Assembly (NCBI GenBank): GCA_051294375.1 | Contig: CM119266.1 | Coordinates: 24,106,411-24,170,410 of the forward strand | From: Paraspadella gotoi | Lineage: Eukaryota > Animalia > Chaetognatha | Direction: 5' to 3' | Length of the DNA stretch: 64,000 nt | In this document: positions 53,940 to 64,000 of the stretch, piece after piece | Layout of the letters: every line of letters begins with the position of its first letter | Position numbering within the stretch: position 1 is the first letter of the stretch | The notes under the pieces: generated by a model | Database searches by the model: none | The model's input: the letters and a program-made list of their open reading frames with translations, nothing else | Told to the model about the DNA's origin: nothing | Translations under genes and position numbers: made by a program

Positions 53940-56900
53940 CGATCAACGTATCAAAACATGTCTCTCTCTCTCTCTCTCGTCTTCTCTCTCCCTCCCCTCC
54001 TCTCTCATCTCCTCTCTCTTTCTCTCTCTCCTCCTCTCTCTTTTTCTCTCTCTCCCGCTCATCTTAAAAAAAAAAACAAATTCAAAATCACGCTGGGATC
54101 AGACACAGAGAACTTTTCTTGACCTTTATGCAAAACCTACACAATCCGAAAACCATACACAACCCTTAATAAATACTCAGCTAAACGAACTTCGCGTCAC
54201 CCCTTTTTACCCCTGCCCCCCCCCCTTCTCTAACCCCATACTGCCTCATCCCCCTCCACCCTACGTCTCCACCCTCTCCCCCCCAAAAAAATTTAGATTC
54301 GACGGCCGAAAACTAGGAGGAGATTTCACGATTGTTGATCTTTTTTTTTTCCCGGCAATGTCGGGGGGGCCGGGGGGGGGGGGGGGGGAAAACCTCCGCG
54401 ATCGCCCCGCCGCCGCCGATTGCCGCCGCCGCCTGCCGCCGACCGACGCCGCCGCCTGCCGCCGATTGACCCAAAATTGTTTTGTCTGCTTGAGTTATGG
54501 GCGTTTTTATGGGCGGGTTCGACCATCGATCGCTTTTCTGCTCTCGTCTCTCGGTCGCTTCCTATTTTTTGCGATCTTTTTAATCTTCCCGCCTCTTTTT
54601 TTTTTGATGATGATGATGGGGCACGCCTACTAGCTTCTTCGACATTGCGAAACAGATCTAAAATGGGCTTTAATTAATATTACGTGAGGTGAAATAATTG
54701 CATATTAACAGGGAAAGATGACAGCGCAAAAGTGTCTCTCTTTTACTTAAAGAGAGTTATATGTTATGAAATTGGTACAACCAATATAAAAATTATCCAT
54801 TCATTTAATAAATAAGCTATCTCGCCCCTGACTTTGGACAGGCTTTGGTGGTTTAAGGCCTCCATCACTCTTACAAGATAATGACATAGCAGGTCACTGC
54901 AAGCTTTCAATCAAGACTCTCTCACAGTCTCGTTTATTCACTCCCAGAGTACCTGGCTTCCCTATCAATGAAGTGGTATAATATTTCAAAGAATGTTTAT
55001 ATGATTTATATGATTTATCGTTAAGGTTAGTAAACAATTATACTTTTTTTATTTTTAGATTCCTTCATACTTTTGTAATTGGCAATACAAGACTTAAAAA
55101 AATAAATATACCAATATACCAATATACTAATATCAATTTTTTTTAAATGAAACTTGGTTAATTTATCTTATTCATCATCATCATCGTCGTCGTCGTCGTT
55201 TTAAGTTTTTGCATTTAGTTTCGAAAAAGAGATTTATCTCAACTTTCGACCGAAAAAAACAATGTTTTTTTTTCTCCTTTCAAACGAAATAGCATAATTT
55301 TTAGTAAGGTCGGTTTCGGCTTTGTGCGATAATGTATCGTTCTCATCATTCGCGGGCCTTGTTCTCTACTTGTCGTTAACTGCGTTCCCTCTCCTTCTCC
55401 TCTTCTCCTCTTCACCTTCGTCTCTCACTCCTTCCCTTTTCTTTTTTCTCGTTGTTGTTATTGTCGTCGTCGTTGTCGTCGTCGCTTATCGCGATCGAGG
55501 TCGAAGCCTCGGACTCGAAAACCTGATTTATGTCCGACGTTCGACAAAAAATTTCGGGGCCAAAAATTCGTCGAAGCGAAAAGAGAGAGAGACGATCACT
55601 GTTATTCAAACATTTCTCTTCTCTTCTCCCTCTCTCTCATCTCCTCTCTCTTTTCTCTCTCTTCTCTCTCTCTCGTTTTCTTCTCTCTCCCGCTCATCTT
55701 AAAAAAAAAAAAAAATTCAAAATCACGCTGGGCATCAGAAACAGAGAAACTTTTCTTGACCTTTATGCAAACCTATACACAATCCGAGAAAACCATACAC
55801 CAACCCTTAATAAATACTCAGCTAAACGAACTTCGCGTCACCCCTTTTTACCTGCCACCCCCCTTCTCTAACCCCATACTGCCTTTCCATTCTACTACGT
55901 CTCCACCCTCTCCAAAAAAAATTAGATTCGACGGCCGAAAACTAGGAGGAGATTTCACGATTGTTGATCTTTTTTTTTTCCGCATCGCCGACTCCGCGAT
56001 CGCCGCCGCCGCGATTGCCGCGCGCCTGCCCGCCGACCGACGCCGCCGCCTGCCGCCGATTGACCCAAAATTGGTTTTGTCTGCTTGAGTTATGGGCGTT
56101 TTTATGGGCGGTTCGACCATCGATCGCTTTTTCTCTCTCCGTCTCTCGGTCGCTTCCTATTTTTTGCGATCTTTTTAATCTTCCCGCCTCTTTTTTTTTT
56201 GATTGATGATTGATGGGGCACGCCTACTAGCTTCTTCGACATTGCGAAACAGATCTAAAATGGGCTTTAATTAATATTACGTGAGGTGAAATAATTGCAT
56301 ATTAACAGGGAAAGATCAGCGCAAAAGTGTCTCTCTTTTACTTAAAGGAGTTATAATGTTATGAAATTTGGTACAACCAATAATAAATATATCCTATCAT
56401 TTATAAATAAGCTATCTCGCCCCTGACTTTGGACAGGCTTTGGGTGGTTTAAGGCCTCCATCACTCTTACAAGATAATGAACATAGCAGGTCACTGCAAG
56501 CTTTCAATCAAGACTCTCTCACAGTCTCGTTTATTCACTCCCAGAGTACCTGGCTTCCCTATACATGAAGTGGATATATATTTTCAAAGAATGTTTTAAT
56601 GATTTATATGATTTATCGTTAAGGTTAGTAAACAATTATACTTTTTTTTTATTTTAGATTCCTTCATACTTTTGTAATTGGCAATACAGAACTAAAAAAA
56701 TAAAATATTACCAATAACCAATATACTAATATCAATTTTTTTTAAATGAAACTTGGTTAATTTATCTTATTCATATATCATCGTCGTCGTCGTCGTTTTA
56801 AGTTTTTGCATTTAGTTTCGAAAAAGAGATTTATCTCAACTTCGACCGAAAAAAACAATGTTTTTTTTTTCTCTTTCAAACGAATAGCATAATTTTTAGT

Positions 56901-57180
56901 AAGGTCGGTTTCGGCTTTGTGCGATAATGTATCGTTCTCATCATTCGCGCCTTGTTCTCTATTGTCGTTAACTGCGTTCCCTCTCCTTCTCCTCTTCTCC
57001 TCTTCACCTTCGTCTCTCACTCCTTCCCTTTTCTTTTTCTCGTTGTTGTTATTGTCGTCGTCGTTGTCGTCGTCGCTTATCGCGATCGAGGTCGAAGCCT
57101 CGGACTCGAAAAACCTGATTTATGTCCGACGTTCGACAAAATTTCGGGGCCAAAAATTCGTCGAAGCGAAAAGAGAGAGA
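53940..57180 (+). repeat. ~1.6-kb tandem duplication (53940-55590 / 55592-57180), probably an assembly overfill
   Basis: TCTCCCGCTCATCTTAAAAA...GGGGCCAAAAATTCGTCGAAGCGAAAAGAG occurs twice. The copies differ mainly by small indels and a 25-N gap follows (57233-57257). Confidence 0.9.
54764..54894 (+). repeat. Copy of the dispersed ~130-bp repeat
   Basis: Near-identical to 12656-12786 with different flanking sequence. Confidence 0.85.
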
Positions 57181-59621
57181 GGAGAGAGAGAGAGAGAGAG
57201 AAGAGAGAGAGAGAAGAGAGAGAAGAGAGAGANNNNNNNNNNNNNNNNNNNNNNNNNGAGAGAGAGAGAGAGAGAGGTGGGGGATGACGGCATCCGCTTA
57301 TTATTCGAACATCGTTTTGCCCTCCTTTCTCATCCTAATTTGCATATCGAGGGAGATTTTTTCTTTTATATTGAGGCATCGAATTAAAATTTCGGTCAAA
57401 ATGAGGAAAGGTAATTTTTGCCCACAATATTAAGGATAGCCCAACTCAATGGGGTGAGTCAAAAATTTAGAGTGAGTACATGCTCAAACGAATATTTAGA
57501 CATTTTTAAGAATACTTTCTATGGACAAAAAATATTTAATATTGCTCTATACCCTAGTAATTAATTTTTTAATATTTATTTATAGATAGGAAAGGCCAAA
57601 AATTTTTTTTAGAAGTTTTAAATTTTAAGACTGTCATTTAGTTGACCATATTCAGATAGCTCATAAAAAGTTGTCTACACAAAGTATAATTCTTTTTGTG
57701 TGTCAAAAATAAGAAAAACCGTAAAAAATCATCATCATCTTTTGATGATTTTTTCAGTTTTTTTAGATTTTCACTTAGAAAACGTAAGAATTTTTAAAAG
57801 CTGTAATTATATTTCTTGTTCAACTTTTTATGCTCTATCAAAATCCATCAAAAAATTTTAAGATATCCTAAAAAAATTTTTTTGCTTATATAGTATTATA
57901 ATATTTTTAATTAGGCTGGTACCCTCAGAAGAAAGCATTTTTTTACAAAAAGTATTTGAATATCGTAATCTATGGTCATGATAGATTATTTTAACGCTGT
58001 ATACATTTGCATTTAAATTTCATCGGCTATGGCTAACAATATTTCGTCCATCGTAGAAAATCGAAAAAAGTGTAAATGTTTAATTAAAGTGTAATCTGTG
58101 AAAAACTAACATCTCTAACTATATAAAATGATTAAATGCTAATCTGTGAAAATAACTTACTTTGAAACATGTCTGAACTCATCTGGAGAAGGGAAAAATC
58201 ATTGGAGACCATGAATATTATTACCCAATATAGATTGTTTGTTTTTAATTCAATACGGCATACACAGTGACACATATACAGTTATAGAACGACAAACCCT
58301 GGCACATTTCTGGTGGTACCTCTTTTTCAAAGATTTTTTGATGTTTATTTGTCATTTTTTTTACCTCGATAATATATATATATATAAAAACAAAAATACT
58401 AGTCACCTCTTGAAAAGGGAAAAAAGCGGAGTTTTTTAAAAATTGTATTGTACAATCACGAAGTATTAAGAATTGACTTTCCTGAAAAAGACAGAAAAAG
58501 TCTCGACGTTCGCTCGGAGTCGGGACAGACAAAGGCGAAAAATAAACAAAAAGGATAGAAGGGAGAGAAAGAAATTATACTTCAAACGAAAATTCTTTCG
58601 AACGAACGGTCGAGCGTCTAGAGGCAAATTTTTTTGTTTGTTTGTTGGTAAACAAACTAAATTGGTTGCGATTTATTGAAAGAGAAATAAAAAATAGTTA
58701 GCGTTTTTGTTCGAAAGGTAAAAAACGGCAACACCGCGCATACATGCTTCAAATGGTTCGAAAAGAGATAACTTCAGATAAATAAGATTCCCTATATTTT
58801 TTGTTGTTGTTGTTTTAATAATTTCTAAAAAATCTATAGGTGATGGCAACGCTTTGGAAAAGGGGGATAAAATGACAACTTCGTGAATTCACGTTAGAAC
58901 CATGACTAAAGATGAAAAAAAAACTAAATAGCTTAAAAAAAAAAAAAACAAAAACAAAAAAAAATAAACAAAGCATGATTCTACCGACAACGACACTGCA
59001 TTTCGAAAGAAACAGCAACGACTTCGTTTCTGACGATCAAAGTTGATTCGCTAAAAAAAGCTTCTGAACAAGGGGTGGCAGGGCAGAGGGAGCTGGGGGT
59101 GGCAGGGCAGAGGGGGGTAAGGGGTGGAGGGGAGTAAGATGGGATTGACCGGGGGGAGGAGGACAAGGGAACAACGCTAAGCGGAAATTTACGTACAAAT
59201 CGTGGAGAAAAAAAAAGGTTGTTCGGTTCGACAACCAAATCGTCCGTCGCAGCGAAGACAAAGGCGTCTAATTATGGCGTCCCCCGTCGTCCTCGGGATT
59301 ATTTTTTTTTAACGTAAGATGGCGTCCGGGAGTTGAAAAGGAATTGAAGAGGAGAGAGATCGGGACGAGAGAAGAACCAACCCAAGAAATAGCGATGGCG
59401 ACTGAGATGGCGCTAAAAGTTGGTAGGAATCATCGGGTGTTTGCGCCGCGGTAAAGAACTTTGTTCTTTGTCTTTGTCCTTTGTCATGCGCCGTCGATCC
59501 TCCAATCCCGACAGAGCTTCTCCGACGATTTCCTCGACTCAATGAAAATCATAACATAACATTTCCCAACTTTTCTTCTACTTCTCACTTTCTCCTCTCT
59601 TTCTTCTTCCACCTCACTCGA

Positions 59622-59904
59622 CGAGGCGTGGTCCTTCCCTCTCTTTTCCTTCATACTTCTTCCTCTCTTCTCCTCTCTCACTTCCACGCTCCTTTCCTCG
59701 GAGAGGCGTGGTCCTTCTCTCTGTTATACTTCATACTCCTTCCTCTCTTCTCCTCCCTCCTTCCCACTTCCCCTCTCTTTCCTCGGCGAGGCGGTGGTCC
59801 TTCCCTCTCTTTTCCTTCATCTTCCTCTCCTCTTCTCCTCCCTCACTTCCCCGCTCCTTTCCTCGGAGAGGCGTGGTCCTTCTCTCTCTTCTCCTTCATC
59901 CTCC
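59622..59904. repeat. ~80-bp minisatellite, about 3.5 copies, overlapping the end of the homeobox CDS and its 3' UTR
   Basis: GAGGCG(G)TGGTCCTT recurs at about 59623, 59703, 59788 and 59868. Confidence 0.88.
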
Positions 59905-60072
59905 GATTCTGGAACCAAATCTTGATCTGCCTCTCGGTCAGTCCGAGATTCTGCGAGATTTCGATCCGACGACGTCGCGTCAAGTAGCGATTGGAGACGT
60001 ACTCGCGCTCCAGTTCCGCCGTCTGATGGCGGGTGTAGGTTTGACGTCGCTTCCGGTGGGGCGTGATGAGGC
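59843..60072 (-). CDS. MedPost: Hox homeobox exon, MedPost-like (homeodomain 60058-59879); upstream exon not found in window
   Basis: Acceptor CCTTCCTTCCTTTCCAG| at 60073/60072, phase 1. Translates (x)[75 protein letters not shown]-stop. It combines Antp-like [18 protein letters not shown] and [16 protein letters not shown] with posterior-like K3, Y20 and MKEKR. The homeobox call is near-certain; the MedPost label comes from recalled signatures. Confidence 0.9.
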
Positions 60073-60749
60073 CTGGAAAGGAAGGAAGGGGGGAGGGAAA
60101 GGTAAAGTTAGTAAAAAAGTAAATAAGCCAAGAAATTTTTTTATAAAAAGTCTTTGAATTACACGTACAAACAAATCACGGGACCGGGTTCATTTGGTAA
60201 ATTAGCGCCTTCTGATTGTTAATTATCCTCACTAACAATTTATAATTCTTATTTCTTCACGCTTCACATTTCATAATCTAGATTAGTTACGCAGAAACGA
60301 ATCCCGCCTTAATATCCATTCTATGGACCTTTATTTCACAGAACGTCACTGACGACGACGACGACCCAAAAAAAATTTGTGAAAAATTTATGGATCGAGC
60401 GTGAACCGGACAACGGAGACGCCGCCGGGCGATACCGGGTGACCGTCGGGCGACGCCGGCGCAATTGGACGACATTGGGTTCGCCGCCGCCCGACAAAAG
60501 CCGACAACGCCGACCCCCGACGGTGGACCACAATGGGGCGCGATCGGCGGGCGGCTAATTTCAAAGAAAAAAACCATTGACGGCGACTCTTTGACCGACG
60601 AGGGCGAGAACGACGACGACGACGATGACGACGACGATAAAGGCGAAAAAAAAGAGAACAGAATTGGGCGATGCAAGTGGGTTTAGATGGAAGGCAGGCA
60701 ATGGAAGCAGAGTCTCAGATGTAACACGTGTGAAAAGGAGAAGAGAGCG

Positions 60750-60764
60750 AGAAAGAAAGAAAAA

Positions 60765-60852
<88 letters not shown>

Positions 60853-60916
60853 AAAGAAAGGGAAAGGAAAAAAAGAAAGAAAGAAAGAAAGAGAGAAAGA
60901 AAGAAAGAAAGAAAAA

Positions 60917-60956
<40 letters not shown>

Positions 60957-60958
60957 AA
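60750..60958. repeat. (AAAG)n microsatellite in the intron upstream of the homeobox exon
   Basis: Direct tetranucleotide run of about 200 bp. Confidence 0.95.
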
Positions 60959-61839
60959 TGAAGTGAAATGAAGTGAAATGAAATTTTCCACCATCTCCCA
61001 CGTTTCCTAGCGACCAAATTTTCATCATCCCCGCGAATTTCTGTCCCGCGGCGGTTGACGCCCCTCCACGCCCCCGTCGTCATCGCGGCCTTCAGTCGTC
61101 ATCGTCGTTGTCATCGATGTCGTCGTCATCGTCAGTCTCGACCCTGCCCTTTAAATCAAGGAAGAATTGGATCCTATTTCGTCACGAGAAAAAAACCTGA
61201 TGACGTCATTGGATTTTTGATTCGACAAAAACAAAAGAGCATCGGGGATTGAGTTGATCGAATTTTGGGGGACGAGACCTTCAACAATCAAATACAGTCA
61301 ATGCGATTAGTAAGAATTATCAAATTTACATAAAAAGATAGATAATTGTTGCAGTTCTCGGCTCGACTCTCTGCGTTATTTTTCGCTTTTTTCTTTGAGG
61401 GTTTAATCGTTTTAAGTTTTAAAGTTTAAGCTTCAAAAGAAATAAAACTGTCAAACTGCGTACATATCGCGAAGACAAACGGAAAATAAAAAAAATTTAA
61501 CAGGTTATATTTATGTAGCTATAGAAATCTAAACTTCCTTCAGTATATGTATTTATTTTCAGTTATAATTAGAATATAAGTAGTTAATTCCACGGAGTCA
61601 GAAAAAAAAGGGGGAAAAATATTTGGTCCTTCTCGTCCTTTAAGTCGTCGTCTCCTTCGTCGTCGTCGTCGTCGTCGTCGTTGTAATCGAATAAAACTTA
61701 ATTAGTGTCGAAGAAAAATCACGTGACCAACAAATTTATGAATCATTATCAGCAAGAATAAATTTTTTTCTCCTTCGTCTCTCTTTTTCTCTTTTTCTGT
61801 CTCTCTCTTATTTCAACTTTAAAGGAAAAAGGGAAAAGG

Positions 61840-61883
<44 letters not shown>

Positions 61884-62388
61884 AGAGAGAAGGAGAGAGA
61901 GGAGAGAAAGAGGAGAGAGAGAGAGAGAGAGAGATGGAGAAGACTTATCTATTATCTTATATCCGGAGCATCCCCGTTGATACGCGGAAAGGAGGGTGCC
62001 TATTAGATTTTGGGTGCATACTGAGAAGGTAACAGAGAGAAAGAGAGATAGACAGACAGACAGACACAGATAAGCGAAATTGGGCAGAGCCTTTATTTTT
62101 TCTCTTCCTCTTTTGAGACTGGAAGCGGCTCGAATCAAGGCTTTCATGTTCGCCGACTGACGAGGTCTACAGTAAATCACGAGCTCTCTCTCTCGCTCTC
62201 TCTCTCGCTCTCTCTCGTTCTCTCCTCGATCGTCGATCATCGTCACGTCGTCTGCTTCGCAATGACGCTCGCTCATTGGACAATTTCTTTACGTCGCTCG
62301 TAGATAATTGGACGCAACTCGAGGACACTGCGTGAGTGAACGACGTTCTCAAAACCAATAATTCGCCGGTTTTTTAACACAGAGAGAG

Positions 62389-62462
<74 letters not shown>

Positions 62463-63105
62463 GAGAGAGAGAGATTTATCCGTTCTCTCCTCGGTCGACT
62501 CCATCGGTTACACAGTCTCTTTACGTCGGGGAGAGATGAGAGGACGCCGACGAGACGGAGACGACAGAGAGCGAGTGATTCTTCAACGCGCTCGAAAAAT
62601 AACGCGGGTTTTTCTCGTTCCTCCTTTCGACTCTGTCTCTGTCTTGTTCGCTGGCTTCTTCTGAATCCTCTCGCACTCTCCGCTTCGAAAAGGTGCGGGC
62701 GAAAATTAACGGACGGCCAGTTTGAGGGAGGGAAGGTTGGAAGGGAGGTAAGGGCCGAAGGAGTAAGGGATACCGAGAGGTCGGTCTCGCCCCCCCCCTC
62801 CCTCCCTCTCGAGGGTCTCATTCTCAAGAAAAAAGGGTGGAAATGGATCAGGAAATGGATGAGGTGGCTCCGACGTCGTCATCGATTTGTAGACAAGATT
62901 TCGCTCCGACGATTTTCCGATTTATGTTTCGATTTCATGGGAACGAACCAGGACCGGGAACGAGGATTTTCCTCTTAGGATCGATATTTCAAAATAAATT
63001 ACTCCGTTAATAAAAACGAAACGGGTCTCTAATATTGATTAACCAATTAATCGCCGTTCTTTTTCTCTCTCGGACCGCAAACGCATTCTCTCACGTCCCG
63101 ATGAT

Positions 63106-63217
<112 letters not shown>

Positions 63218-63788
63218 CAATATCTTATTTCTCTTCGTTTTAACTTATGACTTCTTTCCTTGTTTGACTTCGTGCGGAGATTTATTCCCTTTCTTCTCCT
63301 TTTGTTTTTCTTCTTCTCTCTTCGGCGGGATCCCTTCCCTCATTCCCCTTTTTTTTCTTTTTTCGTTCCTAATCCATTTTATCCCTTTTCTTTTTTCTTT
63401 TTTTTTTAAGAAAAAAAAACCGTGAAACTTTCCCTTTCGTCGACTGAGAAGAAAAAAGAAAAACAAAAGAAAGAGAATAAAAAAGAGAAAGACTTTCTTT
63501 TTTCAAGAGGTCGAAACGAGAACAGAGGGCCAAACAAAGGATTTCTTCTCGTTCGCCCTCGTAGTGTTCTTTTGTTTCAGTTTCAACGTCTTTTCTTCGA
63601 AATCCAGGCATTGTTTTTTTTTCTTTAAAAAAAAAGATGAAAAAAAGAGGAGATTGTTTTCTCAGAGACTAAAGTCCGTTCGCTCGATTTGCTCATGCGT
63701 CGCCATCCGAGTTTCAAAACTGAATTTTGAAAAATGTCTTAATCGCGGGTTTAACTAAACTTAAAAAAGAGAATTAAAAAAGTTTATG

Positions 63789-63866
<78 letters not shown>

Positions 63867-64000
63867 AGCCGTGGTCGTTTAACCGCGTATCCCAAGCGAG
63901 AAGTCATTTGACTCGAAAAATCAAGTACGGACAGAATTATGGATAATTAAGAGAAAGGAAGAAGAGCAAATATCCAATCGTAAATCGACTTAGGATCGAT

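Noticed and set aside
54361-54390. Long poly-G, G-quadruplex-like run
   Set aside because: Absent from the duplicate copy (about 55981-55995), so probably a sequencing artefact.
60287-60700. GC-rich ORFs as exon 1 of the MedPost-like gene
   Set aside because: No hexapeptide or Trp motif and no convincing phase-1 donor; treated as intronic or regulatory.

Overview
This is animal genomic DNA rich in (GA)n, (AAAG)n and (GAC)n tracts, from a gapped assembly that appears long-read patched. It reads as part of a Hox cluster. The minus strand carries a homeobox exon missed by the ORF track (59843-60072; [60 protein letters not shown]). Its mosaic of median and posterior residues fits the MedPost class and points to a chaetognath or other gnathiferan host (inference). 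About 19 kb further along the same strand is a hexapeptide exon (40505-40940; FYPWMGIVG, Hox8/Lox2/Lox4/Ubx-abdA type); I found no matching homeobox in the remaining 40 kb. Inside that apparent Hox intron lies a spliced DNMT3-family cytosine methyltransferase (1678-7502, +, about 1327 aa once a false gap is closed). Its catalytic motifs are intact, but it lacks PWWP and ADD domains, has long charged N- and C-terminal arms, and has both oligomer interfaces eroded. The DNMT3 segment appears twice in opposite orientation (1-16587 and 20163-38779), each time joined at CTTG to the same flank. This pattern suggests a heterozygous ~18.6 kb inversion assembled as two haplotypes in series. Several other duplications beside 25-N gaps look like assembly artefacts. 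All alignments and residue numberings were done by eye.
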